From: a virus
Lineage: Duplodnaviria; Heunggongvirae; Uroviricota; Caudoviricetes
Virus record (IMG/VR): IMGVR_UViG_2609459769_000016
Strand: one strand, 5' to 3'
DNA: 16,654 nucleotides
Shown: piece after piece, positions 1 through 10,279 of the stretch
How positions within the stretch are numbered: position 1 is the first letter of the stretch
Layout: every line of letters starts with the position of its first letter
Notes under the pieces: model-generated
What the model was told of the DNA's origin: nothing
Database searches by the model: none
What the model saw: the letters and a program-made list of their open reading frames with translations, nothing else
Position numbers and translations under genes: made by a program

Positions 1-70
1 TCAGTATCTCGATAAGCGCAGAGAAATGATGCAGTGGTGGGCGGATTGGCTTGATGAAAAAGTGGAGTAA
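1..70 (+). CDS. 3' end of a tyrosine-recombinase (P4-type integrase-like) gene; the 5' part lies outside the window
   Basis: Plus-strand frame reads ...QYLDKRREMMQWWADWLDEKVE and stops at TAA 68-70. The MMQWWAD-type C-terminal tail is recalled from P4-family integrases; only 22 codons are visible. Confidence 0.4.
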   Translation, partial: QYLDKRREMMQWWADWLDEKVE

Positions 71-72
71 TC

Positions 73-222
73 CGGACCGTACTTCTTTATCCAGGCATAA
101 AGGCTGTGGGTGGTGATATCGAGACGTGTTGCAACGCTGGCAACAGAATAACCGCGATCAATAACCTGTTTGACTGCTTCAGTTTTAAACTCTTCGGGAT
201 AACGCTTACCGCTCATGGGCAC
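73..222 (-). pseudogene. IS3-family transposase OrfA, N-terminal helix-turn-helix fragment, truncated after about 50 residues
   Basis: Translation MPMSGKRYPEEFKTEAVKQVIDRGYSVASVATRLDITTHSLYAWIKKYGPD matches the IS3-family OrfA N-terminus. Downstream the frame is just the antisense of the integrase tail, ending at the stop at 1-3. Confidence 0.6.
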
Positions 223-264
223 CTCTCTTTAAGCCATCTTAAATGACTCTGAGGTGTCTGTTAA

Positions 265-732
265 ACCCGTGGCGATTCAAAACTGCGTGTTACGTTCGCC
301 CTGGACTGTTGCGATCGTGAAGCCATAGACTGGGCCGCAAGCACGGGAGGTTACGATAAAGCGACAGTGCAGGATGTTATGTTAGGAGCGATAGAAAAAC
401 GCTTTGGCGATAAAGTACCGGAACAGTCCATCCAGTGGCTGACAGATAACGGTTCAGCGTATAGAGCGCATGAAACACGGCAGTTCGCCAGAGAGTTGAA
501 TCTGGAGCCCTGCACAACGGCAATCAGCAGTCCTCAGAGTAATGGAATGGCAGAAAGGTTCGTGAAAACGATGAAGGAAGACTACATCGCGTTCATGCCG
601 AAACCGAATGTAAGAACGGCATTGCATAATCTTGCAGTGGCGATCGAACATTACAATGAAAACCATCCGCACAGTGCGCTGGGTTATCGCTCTCCGCGAG
701 AATATCGACGTCAGCGGGTAACGTTAACTTAA
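265..732 (+). pseudogene. IS3-family transposase OrfB, C-terminal DDE-domain fragment
   Basis: Open frame from 265 reads ...[14 protein letters not shown]...WLTDNGSAY...[11 protein letters not shown]..., containing the second Asp and the Glu of the DDE triad. The upstream part and first catalytic Asp are absent (in-frame stop at 262-264). It is in opposite orientation to the OrfA fragment. Confidence 0.65.
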
Positions 733-773
733 GATACACCCCCTATCTGGAAATAAGGGGGCAAGAACAATGA

Positions 774-1526
774 TCAGATTCCCTGGTGAGTAAGAATTTT
801 ACTTTCTGAACTCCTCTGAGAGTATTGACTTGGAGAAACACCAAAATAACGTCTAAATACATAAGTAAAGTATGAGACACTGGCATAACCACAGACCTTA
901 GCTACTTTACTAATAGGATAACAACGAGTGCTGAGTAAATATTCAGCCATTTGCATCCTCTCATCAAGTATGATCTTACTGAATGATACCCCCTCTTCTT
1001 TCAATTTCATCTTTAGTAAACTTTCGCTGAGATATAATCTTGATGATATATCCTTAAGACGCCATGGTGCAGATAAATCCGTATGAATAATCGTTTTAAC
1101 TTTAGCCCCTGTGCTTTTCAAACATCCAAACAGAAATACTCCAAATTGTTTTTCAGAAGAAAATGCAGAGAGACATGTAAAAGCAATAGACTCATCAAAA
1201 ATTTCTATGTATTCAGCACAGTGATTAGCCCAACTAATTAATCCTTTAATTAAACTGAAGTCAGCAAAGTTTATTTTTAAATAAGATGGATATTCCCTAC
1301 AATCAGAAATATCCCTTAAGTTATTAGCTTTCAAATAGCGACTAATAAACTCAGCGCCAAAATCCGCCACTATCACTCTTTCAGGATATGTCAGGAAAAA
1401 ATCTCTAGAGCTAGAGTCGACAAGTACAGATGAACCTCTCTCCAGAAACACACTCTCTTTTCCGAAATAAACATCAAAGGACTCCAAAATCAATATAACT
1501 GAACATGTAGTTGCCATATCATCCAC
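774..1526 (-). CDS. AraC/XylS-family transcriptional regulator, AppY/EnvY-like
   Basis: 250-aa ORF with a C-terminal AraC-type HTH (…ISKVAKVCGYASVSYFTYVFRRYFGVSPSQY…). The C-terminal half resembles AppY from memory; the N-terminal domain is divergent. It occupies the position appY holds relative to tail-fibre assembly genes in DLP12. Confidence 0.7.
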   Translation of the reverse strand: MDDMATTCSVILILESFDVYFGKESVFLERGSSVLVDSSSRDFFLTYPERVIVADFGAEFISRYLKANNLRDISDCREYPSYLKINFADFSLIKGLISWANHCAEYIEIFDESIAFTCLSAFSSEKQFGVFLFGCLKSTGAKVKTIIHTDLSAPWRLKDISSRLYLSESLLKMKLKEEGVSFSKIILDERMQMAEYLLSTRCYPISKVAKVCGYASVSYFTYVFRRYFGVSPSQYSQRSSESKILTHQGI

Positions 1527-1766
1527 CCAATTTAACTGAAACCAGGATGAAGTATATGCATATAAAGTTCACTTTGCCAAACTTCAGTATAAAAAACCAC
1601 ATAAAAAATAGGGTGTGATAAAAAATACCGTAACAATAAAGCAAAGGATTATAAAATCCGTTACAGTTACAAATGATACTCAAGAAACAATTCCTTAGGA
1701 AAAACTTATTTACAGCCAATAAGAGTAATGACTCGAACTTATTGATAGTGTTTTATGTTCAGATAA

Positions 1767-2961
<1,195 letters not shown>

Positions 2962-3269
2962 CTAAGAAAATTCCGATCTATTGTTAGGGTCATCAAAGTT
3001 ACTTAACAGTATTCCGAAATGAAAATACAAAGCAAGCTAATTGTCTTATTAAACATTATTATTGCATTTATATTATTTGAGCTTTTAGCTCAAAAATTTG
3101 GTTTGAGTACATTATTTTAAAGCAAGATAAACAATATCGGGCACTCTAGTTTTTATAATTAACAATTAAACGTCCATGAAATGTTATTTACTTTTCTTCG
3201 CTATTGTCATATCTTAATATAGTGGCTTACGCCACTCTACTTTCATCACATTTTGTACGTTTATGTACT

Positions 3270-3305
3270 CGCCATGAAGCTCTTTCATGGCGATTTTTTA
3301 TTCTT
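3270..3305 (+). terminator. Rho-independent terminator-like hairpin on the plus strand in the AT-rich island
   Basis: 9-bp perfect stem CGCCATGAA (3270-3278) and TTCATGGCG (3284-3292) with a 5-nt loop, followed by ATTTTTTATTCTT. Confidence 0.45.
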
Positions 3306-3385
3306 AATCCAAGAACATACTCCCTACCTATAGCAAAATCACTTTTTTAACAAAAGAATAACGTATTTAGGTAATCATTACGAAT

Positions 3386-3967
3386 TTACCCTATAGGTGC
3401 TACTGGCCATTCAATATCCGGTGCAGTTAATGTATCAACACGGTTCAGCAACACCAGATACTTTTTCCAGGCTTCCAGCAACAAGGTTTCTTCCTCCGTT
3501 GCGATTTCCAGATCTACAGCATCCTGAAGTGGCGCAATATGCTCACTGGCTACCTGCATCAGGCTGTTTTTTGTTTCTTCTGCCTCCCGGATCCGGAACA
3601 GTTTTTCTGCTTCCGTATCCTTCACCCAGGCTGTGCCGTTCCACTTCTGATATTCCCCTCCCGGCGACAACCAGGTAACATTTTCCGGTAACGGACCGAG
3701 TTCAGAAATAAATAACGCGTCGCCGGAAGCCACGTCATAAACCGTTTTACCCCGATGGTCTTCAACGAGATGCCACGATGCCTCATCACTGTTGAAAACA
3801 GCCACGAAGCCTGCCGGAATATCTGGTGGTGCAATATCGGTACTGTTTGCTGGCAGACCTGTATGAGGCGGAATATATGCGTCACCTTCACCAATAAATT
3901 CATTAGTTCCGGCCAGCAGATTATAAATTTTTATGGTCCGTGCTTGTTCACTCATTCTGAATGCCAT
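3386..3967 (-). CDS. tfa: tail fibre assembly protein Tfa, lambda-type
   Basis: 193-aa [57 protein letters not shown]... matches lambda Tfa almost throughout. Its ATG overlaps the stf stop (TAATG). Confidence 0.9.
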   Translation of the reverse strand: MAFRMSEQARTIKIYNLLAGTNEFIGEGDAYIPPHTGLPANSTDIAPPDIPAGFVAVFNSDEASWHLVEDHRGKTVYDVASGDALFISELGPLPENVTWLSPGGEYQKWNGTAWVKDTEAEKLFRIREAEETKNSLMQVASEHIAPLQDAVDLEIATEEETLLLEAWKKYLVLLNRVDTLTAPDIEWPVAPIG

Positions 3968-6900
3968 TATGCAAGCCTCACAATATAGTTAAATGCGATG
4001 TTTTTGACGGTGTTTTCCGCGTTACCCGCAGCGTTAACGGTGATGGTGTGTCCATGTGAGCCAATCGCAACGGAGTGCGTATGAGCACCAATACCGACAG
4101 TATGTGCATGTGCGCCTGCGATTGCAGCAGTGCCGGACAGCGAGTGGGTATGAGCACCATCTGATGATGTCTTCCCTGCATTACGAGTCTGGCCACTACC
4201 GCTTGTTGTGCTCATAATCCCCGCGCTTGGATTTGAAATCGCGGTATAACCATTAGGGAAAATGCTCGTGTTCGTGCCACCAAATGCACCGGAACTCTTG
4301 TGTTGGTGCGCGCCGGCACTATTTGCGGTCCCGCTAATACTATGGGTATGCGCCCCGGTGTTATTCGTGGATTTGGTTCCGTAATCAAACGACGATGTGG
4401 TTTTCGTCCCCAAATCCGTACTGGATGCGCTGGCGCTGTGGGTGTGCGATTTAATGCCGTCCTGTTCCTGAGACAATACGGCGCGACCACTGGCAGGTTT
4501 GCCCTTAATCGTCCAGCCACGCATATCAGGGATCACGCCTGACGGATAAGCGGCTGCAAGTTTCGGGTATGCAGATTTGTCAAAAGTCTGCCCCTGCATC
4601 AGGGCATAACCAGACGGAACGGTATCTGATGGCCACGGGATTGGTGCGCCGACTGGGTAGCTTTCTGGTGGAAGATTTTTCGAGGTATAAACTTCTGCCC
4701 AGTCTTCCTCAAAACCATAGCCATCTCTTGAGGAACGGTAGAACAGACCTCCATTTCTGTAATGTGCCTTCATCTGCAGGGTCCGGCAACTTCCGACTCC
4801 GGTATAGAAGTTAACCAGAATATAGCTGTCGCCAGAGCGGGTGACATTGTAAGCGCCTGATTCGGCATTCCATGGAACGCCCCCATCCGCATCGGCATAT
4901 GTATCCGTTGCCCTTCTGGCAAAAGCAGCCACATGCGCGGCGGTTAAAGTAATATCTTTGGAACCATCAAACTCAACACCAGAAACCAGTCTTGGCGTTT
5001 GCAGCTTTGTTGCTGTTAATGCATTACCATTCAGACTTGCGGACAGTTTGGTTCCAATAATCAGTTCGCCGGTTGCGTTATCAATAGCAAACGGTCTTAA
5101 TGTATTCCAGCCACCATAAACATCACCTTGATTGGTAAGCAGCAGGTAAGTTTTAGCGCCATCATTACGCCATAATGCACCATACTCCCCACCTATCATT
5201 CGAATCTGATTACCACCACGCGCTACAATTTCGTCTGTGGCAAAAAGTTTTTTGCACGACAAGTTATCGTTAACGATTAACGAATGAGACTCATAAAAAC
5301 CACGCCCACTCTTAAAATCAAGGATAACGTCCGCCGCGATACATTCAGTCGCCGGATTTGTTGCCCCAAACTTATAGGTCGTATCATTAACAACGAGATC
5401 AGCACCAGGTGCGGATATTGACAGGCCATCTTCGATAAACGCAAAAACAGGGAAAGCAGCGCCATCAACATAGAACACAGAGCGCAAATCATCGCCCTTA
5501 TTACTCATCATTATTGAGTGGATGGCTCGTTCATTGTTTTGATATTGCCAGAACATTCCATAAGCATAACGCCCCCTGTCAGTCCAGCCACCAGGCATAA
5601 CAAATCCGTTAAACTCGCAGTTATTCATCGGATCGCCTGCGGTTCGCGTTGCCGTGGTGATAATGACCCTTGATGCCAGTTCGCTTACTGAGCCAGCAGA
5701 ACGCATAACAACAACAGGGTAATATTTTCCAGATGTTGCACCTGCAGGAGCGTTAACCCGCACATAACGCATACCACGCTTATCAGCAAAGTCTGTTTTA
5801 CTGACCGCGTTAATGTTGTTCAGGAAGCGTCCCTTATCGGGTATATCAGCGCCGTTCTGGTCTTTCTGCAGACGTTTCTCTGCATTGTCATAGGCTGATT
5901 TTACTGCCTTTGGCGTTGCCGCCAGCGTTTCAGACGTACTGTTGGTCGCACTGCTGAGCTGTACTACCCCCTTTTTCGTCGTGCTCGCATCCTCAAGCGC
6001 CACGGCGGATGCAATATCCTCTGCCCGTTTTGCCGCTGTCTCGGCGCGCGTTGCCGCGGATTCCGCCGTACTTTTGCTCTGTGCTGCCGCTGCCGCACTG
6101 CCAGCTGCCTCTGTCGCCTTCGTGGATGCTGTCGTGGCGCTGCCCTTCGCTGCTGACGCCTGTCTGGTCGCCTCATCTTTTGAAGCAGACGCCGATGATG
6201 CCGATGACGCCGCCGAACTGGCTGACGATGCGGCAGCCGTTTTTGAGGATTCTGCGCTGGTTTCCGACGCTTTCGCGTTCGTTTCGGATGTCTTCGCTGC
6301 GGAAGCAGACCTCGCTGCTGCGCTGGCCTGTTCAGTGGCTTCGCCAGCCTTCGTTGTGGCTGTTGAAGCAGACGATGCGGCACTTTCTGCCGACTTTCCG
6401 GCAGCGGTGGCACTGGCTGAGGCCTGCCCGGCACTTGTTGACGCGGCGCTGGCAGACGACGCAGCCGCTGTTTTTGAGCCTGCCGCAGCTGAGGCACTCT
6501 GTCCCGCTGCCGTTTCAGAAGACTTAGCGTTCGTCTCGGACGTTTTGGCCGCCTTCGCAGAATTTGCTGTCGCCGTTGCCGAGGAAGCTGCGCTGCTGGC
6601 GCTCGAGGCTGCGCTCGTTTCTGATGATTTTGCCGCCTCTTTTGAAGCTGACGCATCCCGGGCTGAGGTGGCAGCTTCTGACGCTTTCGTGGTCGCGGTG
6701 GATGCAGAAGTGGCTGCTGATTGTTGTGACGCTGCCGCATTCGTTTCTGACGTTTTCGCCGCAGCGGCACTGGTGGCCGCCGCGCTTTTTGAGGACTCTG
6801 CAGCGGCAGCACTTTTTTCCGCTTCAGTGGCCTTTGTTGATGCCGTTCCTGCGCTGGAAGACGCTGACTGAGCCGACGACGCGGCCTGTCCGGCTGACGT

Positions 6901-7368
6901 GCTGGCTGCGCGTGCTGAGCCTGCAGCATCAGTCGCATGGGTTGCCGCCTCACGGGCTGATGTGCCGGCATCGCTGGCTGACTTCTTCGCGGCTGCCGTG
7001 TTCTGTGCCACCGCGGACGCGTTACGCGCCACCTCTTCCACCATCAGTTCAAAACGGCGCAGAGCCTCAGGACGGGCATCATCCTCTGTCATGGCACCGA
7101 GAAAATCATTCAGCGTACCGGGTTGAGAATCTTCATACACGGTAATGGTCCCGGCATGTGATGGCGGGAATCCCTCCACCAACAGACTGACGCTGTACTG
7201 ACCATACTCGACGTCCATTGTGTAACGCCCGGCTTCATCCGGGTTTTCTGAGGCCACTGTGTTCACCACCACCGTGGTGCTGTTGCGCCTGGCCTTTAGC
7301 TGAATGGTGCAGTTTTGTATCGGCTTACCTGCGCCATCTTTCAGTACACCTGAAATCCGTACTGCCAT
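3967..7368 (-). CDS. stf: side tail fibre protein Stf (lambda orf401/orf314-type, StfR-like, 1133 aa)
   Basis: N-terminus [49 protein letters not shown]... and C-terminus ...[63 protein letters not shown] match lambda Stf; the central part is a long Ala/Ser/Thr-rich repeat region. SD GGGGGGAA lies upstream of the ATG at 7366-7368. Confidence 0.9.
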   Translation of the reverse strand: MAVRISGVLKDGAGKPIQNCTIQLKARRNSTTVVVNTVASENPDEAGRYTMDVEYGQYSVSLLVEGFPPSHAGTITVYEDSQPGTLNDFLGAMTEDDARPEALRRFELMVEEVARNASAVAQNTAAAKKSASDAGTSAREAATHATDAAGSARAASTSAGQAASSAQSASSSAGTASTKATEAEKSAAAAESSKSAAATSAAAAKTSETNAAASQQSAATSASTATTKASEAATSARDASASKEAAKSSETSAASSASSAASSATATANSAKAAKTSETNAKSSETAAGQSASAAAGSKTAAASSASAASTSAGQASASATAAGKSAESAASSASTATTKAGEATEQASAAARSASAAKTSETNAKASETSAESSKTAAASSASSAASSASSASASKDEATRQASAAKGSATTASTKATEAAGSAAAAAQSKSTAESAATRAETAAKRAEDIASAVALEDASTTKKGVVQLSSATNSTSETLAATPKAVKSAYDNAEKRLQKDQNGADIPDKGRFLNNINAVSKTDFADKRGMRYVRVNAPAGATSGKYYPVVVMRSAGSVSELASRVIITTATRTAGDPMNNCEFNGFVMPGGWTDRGRYAYGMFWQYQNNERAIHSIMMSNKGDDLRSVFYVDGAAFPVFAFIEDGLSISAPGADLVVNDTTYKFGATNPATECIAADVILDFKSGRGFYESHSLIVNDNLSCKKLFATDEIVARGGNQIRMIGGEYGALWRNDGAKTYLLLTNQGDVYGGWNTLRPFAIDNATGELIIGTKLSASLNGNALTATKLQTPRLVSGVEFDGSKDITLTAAHVAAFARRATDTYADADGGVPWNAESGAYNVTRSGDSYILVNFYTGVGSCRTLQMKAHYRNGGLFYRSSRDGYGFEEDWAEVYTSKNLPPESYPVGAPIPWPSDTVPSGYALMQGQTFDKSAYPKLAAAYPSGVIPDMRGWTIKGKPASGRAVLSQEQDGIKSHTHSASASSTDLGTKTTSSFDYGTKSTNNTGAHTHSISGTANSAGAHQHKSSGAFGGTNTSIFPNGYTAISNPSAGIMSTTSGSGQTRNAGKTSSDGAHTHSLSGTAAIAGAHAHTVGIGAHTHSVAIGSHGHTITVNAAGNAENTVKNIAFNYIVRLA
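6020..7030 (-). repeat. Ala/Ser/Thr-rich low-complexity tandem-repeat coding tract inside stf
   Basis: Protein residues about 113-450 consist of reiterated units such as [11 protein letters not shown].. and [10 protein letters not shown]. The GCN-rich periodic DNA leaves long stop-free frames on both strands (track ORFs 5942-6871 +, 5964-6971 -, 6009-6527 +, 6564-7145 +). Confidence 0.7.
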
Positions 7369-7377
7369 ATTCCCCCC

Positions 7378-7406
7378 ACAAAAAAGCCCGCCTGAACCGG
7401 CGGGCT
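7378..7406 (-). terminator. Rho-independent terminator downstream of ybcW, directly upstream of the stf ribosome-binding site
   Basis: 8-bp perfect stem AGCCCGCC (7385-7392) and GGCGGGCT (7399-7406) with loop TGAACC. On the minus strand it is followed by UUUUUGU and then the stf SD and ATG. Confidence 0.5.
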
Positions 7407-7429
7407 GTCATAACACTGTGTTATGGTGA

Positions 7430-7636
7430 TCAGTCAACCACCAGGGAATAATCCTTCATATTATTATCGTGCTTCACCAACGCTGCCTCAATTGCTCTGA
7501 ATGCTTCCAGAGACACCTTATGTTCTATACATGCAATTACAACATCAGGGTAACTCATAGAAATGGTGCTATTAAGCATATTTTTTACACGAATCAGATC
7601 CACGGAGGGATCATCAGCAGATTGTTCTTTATTCAT
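7430..7636 (-). CDS. ybcW: YbcW-like small prophage protein (68 aa), function unknown
   Basis: Translation [68 protein letters not shown] matches DLP12 YbcW as recalled. Position and orientation fit the DLP12 gene order. Confidence 0.75.
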
Positions 7637-7879
7637 TTTGTCGCTCCATGCGCTTGCTCTTCATCTAGCGGTTAAAATATTACTTCAAATCTTTCTGTAT
7701 GAAGATTTGAGCACGTTGGCCTTACATACATCTGTCGGTTGTATTTCCCTCCAGAATGCCAGCAGGACCGCACTTTGTTACGCAACCAATACTATTAAGT
7801 GAAAACATTCCTAATATTTGACATAAATCATCAACAAAACACAAAGAGGTCAGACCAGATTGAAACGATAAAAACGATA

Positions 7880-8332
7880 ATGCAAACTACGCGCCCTCGT
7901 ATCACATGGAAGGTTTTACCAATGGCTCAGGTTGCCATTTTTAAAGAAATATTCGATCAAGTGCGAAAAGATTTAAACTGTGAATTGTTTTATTCTGAAC
8001 TAAAACGTCACAACGTCTCACATTATATTTACTATCTAGCCACAGATAATATTCACATCGTGTTAGAAAACGATAACACCGTGTTAATAAAAGGACTTAA
8101 AAAGGTTGTAAATGTTAAATTCTCAAGAAACACGCATCTTATAGAAACGTCCTATGATAGGTTGAAATCAAGAGAAATCACATTTCAGCAATACAGGGAA
8201 AATCTTGCTAAAGCAGGAGTTTTCCGATGGGTTACAAATATCCATGAACATAAAAGATATTACTATACCTTTGATAATTCATTACTATTTACTGAGAGCA
8301 TTCAGAACACTACACAAATCTTTCCACGCTAA
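7880..8332 (+). CDS. ybcV: YbcV-like DUF1398 prophage protein, function unknown
   Basis: [36 protein letters not shown]... (150 aa from ATG 7880). The track extends to a GTG at 7799; the true start is uncertain because neither start has a strong SD. Confidence 0.7.
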   Translation: MQTTRPRITWKVLPMAQVAIFKEIFDQVRKDLNCELFYSELKRHNVSHYIYYLATDNIHIVLENDNTVLIKGLKKVVNVKFSRNTHLIETSYDRLKSREITFQQYRENLAKAGVFRWVTNIHEHKRYYYTFDNSLLFTESIQNTTQIFPR

Positions 8333-8622
8333 ATCATAACGTCCGGTTTCTTCCGTGTCAGCACCGGGGCGTTGGCATAATGCAATACGTGTACGCGCTA
8401 AACCCTGTGTGCATCGTTTTTAATTATTCCCGGACACTCCCGCAGAGAAGTTCCCCGTCAGGGCTGTGGACATAGTTAATCCGGGAATACAATGACGATT
8501 CATCGCACCTGACATACATTAATAAATATTAACAATATGAAATTTCAACTCATTGTTTAGGGTTTGTTTAATTTTCTACACATACGATTCTGCGAACTTC
8601 AAAAAGCATCGGGAATAACACC

Positions 8623-8916
8623 ATGAAAAAAATGCTACTCGCTACTGCGCTGGCCCTGCTTATTACAGGATGTGCTCAACAGACGTTTACTGTTCAAAAC
8701 AAACCGGCAGCAGTAGCACCAAAGGAAACCATCACCCATCATTTCTTCGTTTCTGGAATTGGGCAGAAGAAAACTGTCGATGCAGCCAAAATTTGTGGCG
8801 GCGCAGAAAATGTTGTTAAAACAGAAACCCAGCAAACATTCGTAAATGGATTGCTCGGTTTTATTACTTTAGGCATTTATACTCCGCTGGAAGCGCGTGT
8901 GTATTGCTCACAATAA
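8623..8916 (+). CDS. bor: Bor lipoprotein (serum-resistance lipoprotein family)
   Basis: 97-aa ORF MKKMLLATALALLITGCAQQTFTVQNKPAAV... with lipoprotein signal and lipobox LITGC. It is convergent with the lysis genes, as bor is in lambda and DLP12. Confidence 0.9.
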   Translation: MKKMLLATALALLITGCAQQTFTVQNKPAAVAPKETITHHFFVSGIGQKKTVDAAKICGGAENVVKTETQQTFVNGLLGFITLGIYTPLEARVYCSQ

Positions 8917-8947
8917 TTGCATGAGTTGCCCATCGATATGGGCAACT

Positions 8948-9409
8948 CTATCTGCACTGCTCATTAATATACTTCTGGGTTCCTTCCAGTTGTTTTTGCA
9001 TAGTGATCAGCCTCTCTCTGAGGGTGAAATAATCCCGTTCAGCGGTGTCTGCCAGTCGGGGGGAGGCTGCATTATCCACGCCGGAGGCGGTGGTGGCTTC
9101 ACGCACTGACTGACAGACTGCTTTGATGTGCAACCGACGACGACCAGCGGCAACATCATCACGCAGAGCATCATTTTCAGCTTTAGCATCAGCTAACTCC
9201 TTCGTGTATTTTGCATCGAGCGCAGCAACATCACGCTGACGCATCTGCATGTCAGTAATTGCCGCGTTCGCCAGCTTCAGTTCTCTGGCATTTTTGTCGC
9301 GCTGGGCTTTGTAGGTAATGGCGTTATCACGGTAATGATTAACAGCCCATGACAGGTAGACGATGATGCAGATAACCAGAGCGGAGATAATCGCGGTTAC
9401 TCTGTTCAT
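8948..9409 (-). CDS. rzpD: Rz-type inner-membrane spanin (i-spanin)
   Basis: Translation [55 protein letters not shown]... with an N-terminal TM segment and coiled-coil body. Its ATG overlaps the rrrD stop (ATGA at 9406-9409). Confidence 0.85.
   Translation of the reverse strand: MNRVTAIISALVICIIVYLSWAVNHYRDNAITYKAQRDKNARELKLANAAITDMQMRQRDVAALDAKYTKELADAKAENDALRDDVAAGRRRLHIKAVCQSVREATTASGVDNAASPRLADTAERDYFTLRERLITMQKQLEGTQKYINEQCR
9007..9189 (-). CDS. rzoD: Rz1-type outer-membrane spanin lipoprotein, embedded in rzpD in another frame
   Basis: 60-aa [63 protein letters not shown] with lipobox VVGC and a proline-rich body. It lies entirely inside the Rz reading frame. Confidence 0.8.
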   Translation of the reverse strand: MLKLKMMLCVMMLPLVVVGCTSKQSVSQCVKPPPPPAWIMQPPPDWQTPLNGIISPSERG

Positions 9410-9903
9410 TGCTGACCCCACAAACAGATTTCACGCTCAATCTCACGACGAGTCATGAGACCTTTCCATTGCTTACCGCCAGCATATGTCCAGCGACGTA
9501 GCTGATCACATGCGCCTTTGATATCGCCCTGGTTTATTTTGCGAAGAAGCGTCGATGTTCTGAAATTGCCAGCACCCACGTTGTAAACGAATGAGTAAAG
9601 AGCGCCGCGCGTTGTTTCCGGTATATCGACTTTGATGTACGGGTTAATTTGTCTGGCGACAGTGGCAAGGTCTTTATTCAAGAGTGCTTTGCATTCTGCT
9701 TTGGTATACGTTTTACCGAGCATGATGTCTTTTCCGGTGTGTCCGTGACATACAGTCCATACGCCAACGATATCTTTGTATGGTACGTAGCTGACACCTT
9801 CCAGACCATCGTTACCACTTGGGCCAGTAATTAACACTGATGCTATAGCAATTGCTCCGCCACCAATAGCAGCAGCAACGGCTTTTCGTAATGATGGAGG
9901 CAT
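9406..9903 (-). CDS. rrrD: SAR endolysin (phage-21 R-type lysozyme)
   Basis: 165-aa ORF with a Gly/Ala-rich N-terminal signal-anchor-release segment ([23 protein letters not shown]) followed by a lysozyme domain. It matches DLP12 RrrD as recalled. Confidence 0.9.
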   Translation of the reverse strand: MPPSLRKAVAAAIGGGAIAIASVLITGPSGNDGLEGVSYVPYKDIVGVWTVCHGHTGKDIMLGKTYTKAECKALLNKDLATVARQINPYIKVDIPETTRGALYSFVYNVGAGNFRTSTLLRKINQGDIKGACDQLRRWTYAGGKQWKGLMTRREIEREICLWGQQ

Positions 9904-10118
9904 TATTCACCTCTCGCAGCCTTGCGCTTATCTTCTTTAATCTTGAAATAAAGGTTTGTCAGGTACGTCAGCAGGCCAAATACCAGGCTACCCAGCACAC
10001 CTATTGCTGCCCACTGTGAGGGCGTGACTTTATCGAGCAGCTGTAAAAACCAGTAACCGGCACTACCTGCTGAGGTGCCATAGGCGACACCCGTTGTTAA
10101 CTTATCCATGGATTTCAT
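9903..10118 (-). CDS. essD: class II pinholin (phage-21 S-type), dual-start motif
   Basis: 71-aa [74 protein letters not shown] with two TM segments, Met1 and Met4, and SD GAGGTGGGG upstream. The track's longer 86-aa version starts at an upstream ATG with no support. Confidence 0.85.
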
Positions 10119-10239
10119 AACCCCACCTCGCAGACAAAGCGGGTGTAAATTGAGGGAATACAACGTATCGCAAAAAAGCAGAAACGTAACAGACTCGGAG
10201 TCAGTGAATAACTCAGGTATTGGGTTATCAGCTAATATC

Positions 10240-10279
10240 GAGACTCAAAAAATGGAAAAACCCGCTCGACGGCGGGTTT
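10240..10279 (-). terminator. Intrinsic terminator on the minus strand upstream of essD; candidate tR'-like terminator of the late leader
   Basis: 8-bp stem AAACCCGC (10258-10265) and GCGGGTTT (10272-10279) with a 6-nt loop. On the minus strand it is followed by UUUUUCCAUUUUUUG (window 10243-10257). Confidence 0.4.

Noticed and set aside
5942-7145. Four long ORFs in alternative frames and on the opposite strand inside stf (5942-6871 +, 5964-6971 -, 6009-6527 +, 6564-7145 +)
   Set aside because: They coincide exactly with the GC-rich, codon-periodic Ala/Ser/Thr repeat tract. Their translations are low-complexity Ala-, Arg- or Pro-rich strings with no start context, while the stf frame has clear lambda Stf homology at both ends.
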